64,000 nt of DNA from Planctomycetota bacterium. Lineage in GTDB: Bacteria; Planctomycetota; SZUA-567; H5-PLA8. The stretch is from the NCBI GenBank assembly GCA_038227875.1, contig JBBRPR010000002.1, positions 32,001-96,000 on the forward strand. The letters are read 5' to 3'. A model generated the notes under the pieces. That model was not told the DNA's origin and searched no databases. It saw nothing but the letters and a program-made list of their open reading frames with translations. Numbering within the stretch: the stretch's first letter is position 1; each line of letters opens with the position of its first letter. The translations under genes and the position numbers were made by a program. Of this stretch, positions 27,249 through 36,346 are shown piece after piece.

Positions 27249-28649
27249 ATTCTGGAACGCACCGAGCTCACGCAGTACGGCATCACCTGGACGTTCGACC
27301 GCCCGGTGCAGTGCGGGACGTTTGTCACCGGGGATTGGTGGGTGGTGGGACCGGTGACGGTGACCGGCGTTTCGCCCATGCCGGGACCGGCCAACGCGAA
27401 TCAGGACACCGGCACGGTGAAAAGCATCTACGGCACAACGGCGATGATCGACGATCGCCGGATGCGCAACGGTTCGATGATCGTGCTGCGCGCGAGCGCC
27501 GACCAGGGTTACGACTCTCGGGTCGTGAATTACGATCCGTTGCAGACCGTTTCGTTTCCGTGCGCACTGCAGCCGGACCGCGCGCTGATTTCCACGAGCA
27601 GCAATCACACCAGTCCCGTCGAGGTGCTGCATCAGGCGCTGATGTGGCCGACGGAATCGCGCGGAGCTCTCGCGTTGAAAAGCGCCGCGGTGCTCACCTG
27701 CGTTGCGCAGGTCCCGCCGGCCGACGCGTTCCGACCGGCGTACGCGGGAACGATCAAGCCGCTCTATCGCGCCAGCGCGATTCAGTGGGAGCGACTTTCC
27801 CAGCTCGCGCCGCCGACAGCATGTCCGGTTCCAGACTGGGCGCAATTAGAGCGCTACTTCCAGCGCCCATGGCTGGACCACATCGATAGCTGGCTGCTGC
27901 AGCACATGGGGCCCAGCGAGAATCAGGTCAACTACGGCCGCGAATTCAGCCGCATCAATTCGATAGCCAGCCTGATGCTGCTGCTCGATGTTCCTCGCGA
28001 GAAGAATGAGAAACTGCTGCTCGGGTTTTTGCAGTGGGGCATTGATTTGGCTGGATTAGTCCACAGCGGACGGCGCTGGTTTGCGGATGGTGGACATTGG
28101 AATGGCCGCAAGTGGCCGATTCTTTTTGCGGGGATGTTGCTGGGCGATGCGAATTTGCAGGCGCTGCCGGCGTCGCCCGACGCGCTGTTCTCGGAAGATC
28201 AGCAGACATACTACGGACGCGGCTGGAAGGGACAGACGGCGCTGTACCAAATGGTCTGGCACACCTTTCCGCGCACGCCGTACGAGGAGAAAGCGCCGGA
28301 AGCATGGGACGCCAGCGATCGGCTCTCCGAGGGATACCGCGCCACGTGCTCGGTCGGCTGGCCGGGCACGGCGCTCGCTGCGCTTTTGATGAACGCCAAG
28401 GCGCTCTGGAATCACGACGCGTTTTTCGACTATTGCGATCGCTGGATGGAGCACGACACATTCCCCGAAAGGAAGTGTCTGCCCGTCGCGGGCAGCGCCG
28501 GTCACGCGGATCCGTTTGTCGAAGCGATGTGGCACATGTATCGCGCAAAGATTCCCAACCAGCCGCGCGGTTCCGTTCACCGCAAGTGGGTGTGGATCGA
28601 TCTTGAAAAGCGGTTGAGTAAATTTATATCAAACCAGTCTGGTGAATAA
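27249..28649 (+). CDS. Hypothetical protein (possible lyase/glycan-active); start uncertain
   Basis: The ORF from GTG 27306 extends upstream in frame through TQYGITWTFDRP to a stop at 27225; candidate starts are ATT 27249 or CTG 27252 after GAGGG. Confidence 0.65.
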   Translation: MLERTELTQYGITWTFDRPVQCGTFVTGDWWVVGPVTVTGVSPMPGPANANQDTGTVKSIYGTTAMIDDRRMRNGSMIVLRASADQGYDSRVVNYDPLQTVSFPCALQPDRALISTSSNHTSPVEVLHQALMWPTESRGALALKSAAVLTCVAQVPPADAFRPAYAGTIKPLYRASAIQWERLSQLAPPTACPVPDWAQLERYFQRPWLDHIDSWLLQHMGPSENQVNYGREFSRINSIASLMLLLDVPREKNEKLLLGFLQWGIDLAGLVHSGRRWFADGGHWNGRKWPILFAGMLLGDANLQALPASPDALFSEDQQTYYGRGWKGQTALYQMVWHTFPRTPYEEKAPEAWDASDRLSEGYRATCSVGWPGTALAALLMNAKALWNHDAFFDYCDRWMEHDTFPERKCLPVAGSAGHADPFVEAMWHMYRAKIPNQPRGSVHRKWVWIDLEKRLSKFISNQSGE

Positions 28650-28751
28650 GCAACACGTGGCTGTTTTGCGGGGAGGACATTTTCTACGGGCAACTAGCAT
28701 CTTGGCCGATACACGGTACAGTACCCGATACCAGGGGATTGAGCCGACGCT

Positions 28752-29282
28752 ATGAAATTACCGCGTGCCAAGAAGACGCCCGTACCGCCACCGCCTGAGA
28801 TCCCCGTCGATGAGAAACTCTGCACGAACTGCGGCAAGTGCTGCTACAAGAAGTTGCTCGTCGGCCGCATCGTGTATATCACGCCGTTTCCGTGCGAATT
28901 TCTCGACACCAAAACGAATCTCTGCACGATCTACGACCGCCGCAAGGAACTCAATCCGCTCTGCCTGTCCGTGCCTGAAGGGATGACGGTCAGCGCGTTT
29001 CCAACCGACTGCCCGTACGTTCCGATCCATGCGCCGAAAAATTACAAGCCGGCGTACGAGAAGGATTGGAGCGAGGAGTGGGACGACTTCGACGCGTTTG
29101 CCGACGACATGGAAGCGTCTCCGGAAATGCGCGCCATAGTTCATAAGCGCGGGCCGCACGCCAAGCCGATGTACACCGAAGCTGTTGTGCCGTCGCTGGT
29201 GGAACTGGCGCGGCCGCCGGTGGAAGTGGTGAACGCGAAAGCCGATGATAATGGAGCTCGCAGCGGGGCGCAAAGCCCATGA
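28752..29282 (+). CDS. CxxCxxCC cysteine-cluster protein (YkgJ/UPF0260-like)
   Basis: CTNCGKCC, CEFLD...CTIY..R and CPY. Confidence 0.8.
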   Translation: MKLPRAKKTPVPPPPEIPVDEKLCTNCGKCCYKKLLVGRIVYITPFPCEFLDTKTNLCTIYDRRKELNPLCLSVPEGMTVSAFPTDCPYVPIHAPKNYKPAYEKDWSEEWDDFDAFADDMEASPEMRAIVHKRGPHAKPMYTEAVVPSLVELARPPVEVVNAKADDNGARSGAQSP

Positions 29283-30856
29283 GCGAAACTGAGGAAACTC
29301 GGCGGGTTTCGCGGCGCTACATTCCCGGCAAGACCGGGCGCCTGGTCGATATTCGCACCGATGCTTCCATTCAGGAACGACTCAAAGCCTACGAAGAAGA
29401 AGCCGGAAAGCTCGCCCTGCTGCTGCAGATGTCGACGATCCTGGCCTCCGAAAAAGAATTGGATGTGCTGCTGACGGAGATCGTCGGCCACACCACCAGC
29501 ATGATGGGCTGCGAACGGTCCAGCGTGCTGCTGGCCGACCACGGCACCAACGAACTCTACGCGCTCGTCGCCGAAGGTCTCGACTGCAAGGAACTCCGTT
29601 TCAGCATGGACAAGGGCATCGCCGGCTACGTGGCGCGGACCGGCGAGTCGCTGAATATTCCCGATGCGTACGCCGATGCGCGTTTCAATCAGGCCGTCGA
29701 CAAGGCCACGGGCTTCCGCACGGTTTCGATTCTCTGCATGCCGCTGCTCGACCGAGCCGGCCGGACGCTGGGCGTGATCCAGTGTCTCAACAACAAAAAC
29801 CCGTCCGGCAAGATCGTGCCCTTCGATCAATCGGAAGAGGTGTTTCTTTCCGCGGTCGCGGGCCAGGCCTCGATTCTGCTCGAGAATAGTTCGCTCAACC
29901 GGCGCATGGACAAGCTCTTTGAAGCGTTCGTGATCGCGACCAGCCGATCGATCGACGATCGCGATCCGTGCACCAGCGGCCATTCGCGGCGCGTCACGGC
30001 GTATTCGCTGAACCTCGCGCGCGCGGTCCACGAATGCAACGTGCCGCCGTTCGATCAGCATGTGTACACGCGCGAACGCATGCGCCAGTTGCGCTACGCC
30101 TGCCTGCTCCACGACGCTGGGAAGATCGGCGTACGCGAGAACGTGCTCTGCAAGGCGACGAAGATCAGCGTCGCAGCGCTGGAAGCGGTGCGCGAGCGCT
30201 TCAAATACATGCGCGAAAAATCGCGCGCCGACGGGCTGGCCAAGTGCCTGGCGGAGAAGCTCGATCCGGAGAAGTACCTCGCCGAGCACCACGAACCGCA
30301 CCTGTTAAAGCTCAGCGACGCGCTGGCGTTGATTGAAGCGGTCAACGTGGCCACGTTCACATCGCCCGAGCAGGCGGACAAGTTGCGCGTGCTGGAAGCG
30401 CTGACGTGGATCACGCCGGCGGAGTGCGAGAATCTTTCGGTCATCCGCGGCAACCTGACGGCGACCGAATGGGAGGACATGCGCAGCCACGTGACGAAAA
30501 GTTACCGCATGCTGCTGCCGATTCCCTGGCCGGAGGAAATGCGCGATCTGCCGGAAGTCGCCTACGCGCATCACGAAAAGTACGACGGCAGCGGCTACCC
30601 CCGGCGCTTGAAAGCCGGCGAGATTCCGTTCGACGGACACATCATGTGTGTGGCGGACATCTACGACGCGCTGACGGCGTCCGACCGCCCGTACAAAAAA
30701 GCGATCCCGCACGAACGCGCGAAAAAAATCCTGATGGAAGAGGAAGCGGCGAAAGGCAAGATTCTGCCCGAGCTGGTCGAACTGTTCTTCGCGCAGAAGT
30801 GCTATGAGATTTCGCCGGATAAATTCGGGAGCGGGTTGTTTGAGGCTGTGCAATAA
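29279..30856 (+). CDS. GAF plus HD-GYP cyclic-dinucleotide phosphodiesterase
   Basis: GAF motif GIAGYVA..DAYADARFN..D..TGF; RDPCTSGHSRRV, LLHDAGK, HHEKYDGSGYP and ADIYDALTASDRPYK. Confidence 0.93.
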   Translation: MSETEETRRVSRRYIPGKTGRLVDIRTDASIQERLKAYEEEAGKLALLLQMSTILASEKELDVLLTEIVGHTTSMMGCERSSVLLADHGTNELYALVAEGLDCKELRFSMDKGIAGYVARTGESLNIPDAYADARFNQAVDKATGFRTVSILCMPLLDRAGRTLGVIQCLNNKNPSGKIVPFDQSEEVFLSAVAGQASILLENSSLNRRMDKLFEAFVIATSRSIDDRDPCTSGHSRRVTAYSLNLARAVHECNVPPFDQHVYTRERMRQLRYACLLHDAGKIGVRENVLCKATKISVAALEAVRERFKYMREKSRADGLAKCLAEKLDPEKYLAEHHEPHLLKLSDALALIEAVNVATFTSPEQADKLRVLEALTWITPAECENLSVIRGNLTATEWEDMRSHVTKSYRMLLPIPWPEEMRDLPEVAYAHHEKYDGSGYPRRLKAGEIPFDGHIMCVADIYDALTASDRPYKKAIPHERAKKILMEEEAAKGKILPELVELFFAQKCYEISPDKFGSGLFEAVQ

Positions 30857-30871
30857 GGACAGCAGCTCCAT

Positions 30872-30957
30872 GAAATTTTGAATTCTCAATTCTAAATTTT
30901 TAATGACTGCCAGGCATGAAGTGCATTCAAAATTAAGAATTCAAAATTCAAAATTTC
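30872..30957. repeat. 34-bp imperfect inverted repeat built of AATTTTG-type heptamers (18-nt loop)
   Basis: Arms 30872-30905 and 30924-30957 match at 30/34; they lie between convergent genes. Confidence 0.85.
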
Positions 30958-30979
30958 CCGGACCGCTTCAAAGTCGCAA

Positions 30980-31264
30980 TTATTTTCGAGTGTTGCGCTT
31001 CTTTGCCTTCGCGCGCTTTGCCTTAGCGCCTCCCGGCGGGCCGCCGGGGCCGCCGAGCATTTTGCGCAACATGCCCAGACCTTCGGCGTTCAGTTCAGGC
31101 GGTGCTTCGGGCGGGGGCGGGGGCGGGGTGCTCGGGCGCTTCAGGCGTTCCTCGATCAGCATCGCGATGAAGCGATCGGGCGAGACGCCGGCCTTGACGG
31201 ACTCTTCGATCAGACGCATCGCGCCCGCTTGCGGAATGCGGATGGTAATTTCAGTCATTTCCAT
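30980..31264 (-). CDS. Small hypothetical protein (possible ribbon-helix-helix-like N-terminus; Pro/Lys-rich tail)
   Basis: MEMTEITIRIPQ...; coding-like codon usage. Confidence 0.55.
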   Translation of the reverse strand: MEMTEITIRIPQAGAMRLIEESVKAGVSPDRFIAMLIEERLKRPSTPPPPPPEAPPELNAEGLGMLRKMLGGPGGPPGGAKAKRAKAKKRNTRK

Positions 31265-31384
31265 TTCAGGGTCTCCAGTACAGAAGTATAGATGTGTCCT
31301 GAAATTCTCAAGGACATGAACGCCGTCCAACCTCTGGCCAATTGGCCAGAACCACAACTAATGGTAGTGTTGTACCTGTAGAAC

Positions 31385-31410
31385 ACCTTAGGGACTATAG
31401 TCCCTAAGGT
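31385..31410. promoter_or_regulatory. Perfect 26-bp palindrome ACCTTAGGGACTATAGTCCCTAAGGT
   Basis: Exact self-complement in the divergent region upstream of cinA; a second perfect 18-bp palindrome lies at 31333-31350. Confidence 0.7.
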
Positions 31411-31492
31411 CATTTTGACCTGAGTCCTCCCGAACGCCCTATGGCGTGATTTTCGAGTTTCGATTTAGCCGATTCGGACTACCTTATTTTCC

Positions 31493-32773
31493 ATGAGCGA
31501 AACCACCTCCCCCCATGCCGCACCAACCCGAGTGACGCTGATGTCCATCGGCGACGAACTGCTACTCGGCGAAATCACCGACACCAACATGCCCTGGATC
31601 TCGCGCACGCTGATGCCGCTGGGCATGCTCGTCTGCGGATCGGAGACTGTCGGCGATGAGATGCACGACATCGTCGGCGCGTTTCAACGCGCGCTGGGGC
31701 GCTCGACGGTGGTGATCGCCACGGGCGGACTGGGCCCGACGGCTGACGACATCACCACGGAGGCTCTGGCCAAAGCTGTTGGCGTGGAGATGGAATTTTA
31801 TCAGGAAGTCATGGTTCAGATGGCCGAACGCCTGAAGCGGCCGATCGAGACGCTTTCGGGGAGCAACCGCAAGCAGGCGATCCTGCCCAAGGGTTCGCGC
31901 GTGCTGCGCAACGATTGGGGCACGGCGCCGGGCGTTCACTTCGCAACGACGGATGGCAAACACGTTTTCCTGATGCCCGGCGTCCCGCGCGAGATGAAAG
32001 GGTTGCTCGCCGAGCGCATCGTCCCGTGGTTGAAGGAAACGTTTCCCAGCCCGCACGCCATCGTGGTCCACAGTCTGCACGCGTTTGGCATTGGCGAGTC
32101 GGTGATCGGCGAACGCATCAAGCCGCTGATGCAGGCGGGTTTGAATCCGAACGTCGGCACGCGCGTCGGCGGCGGCACGGTCACCGTGCGCCTGGTTGCG
32201 ACGGGCAAGACTGAAAACGAAGCCCGGGCGGCGCTGGCTCCCGCGGTCGAGAAAGTCCGCGAGGCGCTGAAGGACGGCTACTTTGGTGAAGGTGATACGA
32301 CCATCGCCAGCTCGGCGTTGATATCGCTGCTGAACAAGAAAGCCACCGTCGCGCTGGCGGAAAGTTGCACGGCTGGATTGGTCGCGTCGATGCTCGCCGA
32401 AATCCCCGGCGCCAGCAACGCGCTGCTGGAAGGCGGCGTGGTCTATTCCAACGATGCGAAGATGCGAACCTGCGGCGTGAAAGCAGAAACGCTGCAAGCG
32501 CACGGCGCGGTCTCCGCGGAGACGGCTGCCGAGTTGGCGGAAGGCATCCGCCAGCGCGCGGGCGCGACGATTGGCCTGAGCGTCACGGGCATTGCCGGTC
32601 CGGGCGGCGGCTCGGAGAAGAAGCCGGTGGGCCTGGTCTACTACGGCATCGCGACACTCAAAGGCGTGAAGACGTTCGAACGCATGTTCGCGGGGCTGGA
32701 CCGCAACGTTCTGCGCGAACGCGCGAGCACGTTTGCGCTCGATTACATCCGGCGCGCGGCGGACGAGCTTTAG
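31493..32773 (+). CDS. cinA: Competence/damage-inducible protein CinA (MocF domain plus NMN deamidase PncC)
   Basis: IGDELLLGEITDTN, TGGLGPTADDIT, PGVPREM, AESCTAG, GAVS and TGIAGPGGG. Confidence 0.93.
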   Translation: MSETTSPHAAPTRVTLMSIGDELLLGEITDTNMPWISRTLMPLGMLVCGSETVGDEMHDIVGAFQRALGRSTVVIATGGLGPTADDITTEALAKAVGVEMEFYQEVMVQMAERLKRPIETLSGSNRKQAILPKGSRVLRNDWGTAPGVHFATTDGKHVFLMPGVPREMKGLLAERIVPWLKETFPSPHAIVVHSLHAFGIGESVIGERIKPLMQAGLNPNVGTRVGGGTVTVRLVATGKTENEARAALAPAVEKVREALKDGYFGEGDTTIASSALISLLNKKATVALAESCTAGLVASMLAEIPGASNALLEGGVVYSNDAKMRTCGVKAETLQAHGAVSAETAAELAEGIRQRAGATIGLSVTGIAGPGGGSEKKPVGLVYYGIATLKGVKTFERMFAGLDRNVLRERASTFALDYIRRAADEL

Positions 32774-32785
32774 ACGACTCTTTTA

Positions 32786-32807
32786 ATCTCGCGCAAAGAC
32801 GCAAAGA
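32786..32807 (+). repeat. Left arm of an octamer-based inverted repeat (ATCTCGCGCAAAGACGCAAAGA)
   Basis: 21/22 match to the reverse complement of 33253-33274. Confidence 0.85.
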
Positions 32808-32827
32808 ACAACGGAAAAAGGGGAACG

Positions 32828-33205
32828 ATCATTAACATTGAAACCGTTAACCATGTCACTGTGAACATCACCGATGTCGATCGGGCGCGGACGTTTTATC
32901 ACGGGTTGCTTGGGCTGGAAGAAATGGAGCGGCCGAAGAGCTTCGATTTTCCCGGCGCATGGTTTCGCGCGGGGACGGTGCTGATTCATCTCGTCGGCCG
33001 CAAAGAACGCGACGCGGAAACGACGGCGCATTTCTGCCTCTGGGTCGAAAACGTGCGAGGTGCGGCGAAGGAATTAGAAACCGCCGGCTACGAAGTGAAA
33101 TGGGACAAGCGCAAGATTGAAGGCATCGACCGCTTCTTCACCCGCGATCCCGATGGCAATCGCGTCGAATTTCAAGGCCCGGATGGCACGACTTGGGCGG
33201 CGTGA
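32828..33205 (+). CDS. VOC/glyoxalase family protein (probable non-canonical start)
   Basis: NHVTVNITD..RARTFY..LLG, HFCL and DPDGNRVE. The first His lies upstream of GTG 32861; ATC 32828 and ATT 32831 follow AAGGGG. Confidence 0.85.
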   Translation: MINIETVNHVTVNITDVDRARTFYHGLLGLEEMERPKSFDFPGAWFRAGTVLIHLVGRKERDAETTAHFCLWVENVRGAAKELETAGYEVKWDKRKIEGIDRFFTRDPDGNRVEFQGPDGTTWAA

Positions 33206-33237
33206 CCTACCGCCGCTGATCCGAGTTCGTAGCCGTT

Positions 33238-33274
33238 CTTTGAGTCTTTGAGTCTTTGCGTCTTGGCGCGAGAT
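33238..33274 (-). repeat. Right arm of the octamer-based inverted repeat (CTTTGAGT/CTTTGCGT units)
   Basis: Reverse complement reads ATCTCGCGCCAAGACGCAAAGACTCAAAGACTCAAAG. Confidence 0.85.
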
Positions 33275-33279
33275 CAAAA

Positions 33280-35955
33280 CTACTGCCCGCTGCGTCCCGC
33301 CATGACACCGGAATCGCCCTTGGTGCTCAGCGTGTACGTGACCGGCGCGGTGGCCTGCCAGACGACGCCGGCGAAGACCATCGCGACTTGGAGCGAGCGC
33401 TTGACGGACTTCAGCGATTTCTCGTTGGTCGCGTAGGTGTTGGTGATGCCTTCGGTGTCAAAGCCGGCAGCCGAGAGGCCCACCTGGTTGATCGTCACTG
33501 AGAACTTCGCCGTCTGGCCGGCGGTGGTCAGCGTCTGTCCCTTGGGTAGCCGGGGGAACGTGATCGTGAGCTTCTTGATGCGGCTCATTTTCGATTTGCC
33601 GACCGTCTTGCCTTTCGAATTGATCGTGATGGAATCGAGAATGTTGCCGATGCTGAACTGGAAATCCTGCGTCGCGTTGGGGGAGAGATCGAGGCCTTCG
33701 GGCAATTCGAAGCTGCCGGTGAAAATCACGCTGTCCGGCGTGCCCTTCGTCGCTCCGGTGGGCTTGCCGAACGTGAACTTGCCCTTCGTCTGCGAGTTGG
33801 TGATCAGATGGTTCTTCGGCGGCGTTTTGACTTTCGGAGGCGCGCCGACTTCCGCGCCGCTCATGCCGATTGTCTTGCGTCCTTTTCCGGCGATGGTGTT
33901 GGTGGTGGTGTCGGTGGCGGACGTGGTCGCGATGTAGATGTTCGAATTGTCGGCCTTGAACACCGGCGTGAGTCCCGTCACCGTTGAGTTGCGGCCTTCG
34001 ATGGTGTCAAAATCCGTCGAGGCCGTGAACTGCGCACGGATCAGCGCGTTGATGTCGATGCTGAATTGGCACAGGCCACCGTCGCTTTTCACCAGCGTAA
34101 TCGTCAACCCGTTGAGCGGATTGGCGGCGGACTGCCCGTCGGAAAGATTGGGAATGCCCGCGCCGCCGGAATTCGGACTCAGGGCCATGATCGAAAGTGT
34201 AGTGTTGACGTTGGTCACTCCGTTGCTCACCGTCAACGTCACGGTCCAGGTCGCTTCAGACGTGAAAATGTGCGAGACGGAGCTGCCGGGCGACTTGGCC
34301 GTGCCGTCGCCGAAGTCCCACGAGTAGGTCAGCGGCAACCCGCTGGGATCCACGGCGCCCGCGGTGAAATTGACCGTGGTACCCACCACCACGGCGGAAC
34401 TGTCCGCCGCGGCGAAAACGATCGTCGGCGGAGTTGTCGGGGCCGTGCCGCCAACCGCCAGCTTGATCGCTGTTCCGGTGACTTGCTGCGTCAGCAACAG
34501 GCCGTTTGGCGTTACGGTGGGACTGATGGTATCGAATTGCCCGACGGCCGAAGCGAACGTAACCACGGGCAGTACGTCGCCCGTTGCCGGCGTGTAGGAA
34601 ATGGCAGGTTCGACAATGCCGGCGATATTTGCGGTGCCACTGATGGCCAGCGAGCCAATCGACGTCGGCCCTGCAATCGACGCGAGGAACATTCCCGCCG
34701 CCGTTTGCGTGTAATTTCCGGTAACCGACAATGGCTGGGCGGAGGACGAGGTGCCGATCAGACCATTATTGTTGACGTTGGCGTTCAGGGTGCCGTTGCC
34801 GACGATACTTCCGCCCTGCAGATCGATCCCGCCGGTGGCGTGAATGGTGCCGCCATTTGGATCCATAATGCCGGTGCTCGAAACATTCAGCTTGCCCGAG
34901 CCGGAATTGAAGATGCAGCCGGAGTTGACGAAAATCGCACCGTCGTTGTTGAACTGGCTGCTGGCCGAGGAAAGCAGGTTCGCGCCGCCGGAAAGCGTAA
35001 TGGAAGATCCCATGGTGTTGGCGGTGAGGCCGCCGAACATGGGTGATCCGCCGGAATTCTTAATGTCGGCCGAGGCCGTGTTCAGCAACACCGACGCTGA
35101 ATTGGTGGCAATCAATCCGGAGACGTTGATCTGCAATACGCCGTCCAACAGGTACGAACCACCGCTGAGCGTGCTGGTACCCGTGTTGTAGTTGGTCAGC
35201 ACGGTTATGGTCAACGTACTGCCGGCGGCGACAATTACGCTGCCAGACGGGCCGTTGGTGAACGCGCAGTTGGACGCGAGGACCGCTGTGCCAGTCGAAT
35301 TGGATGATTTGTTGAAAACGCCCGTGTTGTTGAAGGCCGTCGAACCGGTGGCCGTGATCACCTGGGAATTGTCAGCAGTGAAGACGCCACTGTTGGTAAA
35401 GGTGGTGTTGTTCAACGCGAGGGTGTTGCTGGCGTTCCACGTCACTCCGCCGCTGCTGGTGAACGTCGTACTGGAGAATGTGCTGGTCGACGAGCCCGTA
35501 ATTGTACAGACCGCGTTGTTGGTGACCGGCAGCGAGCACGTGCCACCGTTCATCTTGAATGTACCGCTGGCATTGGTGAGCGATCCTGTGCCGGCGAGTG
35601 TACCTAGAAGATCGACTTCGACCGTGCCCTGTGCGTTGATGGTACTCGCACCACCTACGGTCAGTAATGCCCCGGAGCCGCCGATCTGGATGAGTTGGGC
35701 AAATGAACCACCGCCAACGGTCAGCGACGCACAGACCTGCGATCCCACTACTGTGACCGTGGAATTGCTGCCCGCGTTAATCGTAACCGTGTCTGACGCG
35801 GTGGGAATCGTGGGGGGCGACCATTGGGACGTATTTGAGTTATCCCAATTACCACTACCACCGGTCCATGTAATCGCCTGCGCGTGAGCCAGCGAAGTGT
35901 GGAGCAATGCAACCGCGATCAACGCGAATGCGATGTGGAATGAATGTTTGGGCAT
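33280..35955 (-). CDS. Large secreted surface protein: beta-helix/adhesin-like repeats, PKD domain and a basic C-terminal domain
   Basis: Signal peptide ending AHA; WTGG..NW start; G/T/N/S-rich repeats; PKD motif LTYSWDFGDG; GGAG SD. Confidence 0.85.
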   Translation of the reverse strand: MPKHSFHIAFALIAVALLHTSLAHAQAITWTGGSGNWDNSNTSQWSPPTIPTASDTVTINAGSNSTVTVVGSQVCASLTVGGGSFAQLIQIGGSGALLTVGGASTINAQGTVEVDLLGTLAGTGSLTNASGTFKMNGGTCSLPVTNNAVCTITGSSTSTFSSTTFTSSGGVTWNASNTLALNNTTFTNSGVFTADNSQVITATGSTAFNNTGVFNKSSNSTGTAVLASNCAFTNGPSGSVIVAAGSTLTITVLTNYNTGTSTLSGGSYLLDGVLQINVSGLIATNSASVLLNTASADIKNSGGSPMFGGLTANTMGSSITLSGGANLLSSASSQFNNDGAIFVNSGCIFNSGSGKLNVSSTGIMDPNGGTIHATGGIDLQGGSIVGNGTLNANVNNNGLIGTSSSAQPLSVTGNYTQTAAGMFLASIAGPTSIGSLAISGTANIAGIVEPAISYTPATGDVLPVVTFASAVGQFDTISPTVTPNGLLLTQQVTGTAIKLAVGGTAPTTPPTIVFAAADSSAVVVGTTVNFTAGAVDPSGLPLTYSWDFGDGTAKSPGSSVSHIFTSEATWTVTLTVSNGVTNVNTTLSIMALSPNSGGAGIPNLSDGQSAANPLNGLTITLVKSDGGLCQFSIDINALIRAQFTASTDFDTIEGRNSTVTGLTPVFKADNSNIYIATTSATDTTTNTIAGKGRKTIGMSGAEVGAPPKVKTPPKNHLITNSQTKGKFTFGKPTGATKGTPDSVIFTGSFELPEGLDLSPNATQDFQFSIGNILDSITINSKGKTVGKSKMSRIKKLTITFPRLPKGQTLTTAGQTAKFSVTINQVGLSAAGFDTEGITNTYATNEKSLKSVKRSLQVAMVFAGVVWQATAPVTYTLSTKGDSGVMAGRSGQ

Positions 35956-36346
35956 TTCAGTGCTTCTCCAGGCGAACGGGCGTCTTGGCTTCATGTCTCT
36001 CTTTAAGGTAAGAACTTCCATCCTATATTTATGAAATCTGATGGCAAATCGGGTTTACAAATTCCCCCTGCATGGTAAATTCATGTTCTTGTAACACATA
36101 GGAATGCAAAGAGATGCTCTGCACTACGCCACGCCTGCCGAAAGGTCCTACCGCCCTGCCGATTTCCATCGGCAGGGGGGTGATTTAACCCCCATTTTCA
36201 GCGTTTACACGACCTAAAATGGGGGCACGGAATTACCTTTTTCTTGTGCCCATTTCCCAAGTAGATTAAACGCCCAAATCCCCGCGCCCATCGACAGTTC
36301 GGCTGCGGCTGGATTTTTAAGCCACACGAGAAAGGCACTTACACAG

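Noticed and set aside
31371..31385. LexA-like box (TGTAC-N5-GAACA) upstream of cinA
   Set aside because: Mismatch and spacing do not fit a consensus I can support, and no equivalent lies upstream of dinB or recQ.
36100..36230. Attenuator leader for cimA (hairpins at about 36153-36177 and 36189-36225)
   Set aside because: The short upstream ORF is not Ile/Leu/Val-rich and the hairpins lack a U-tract; function unsupported.
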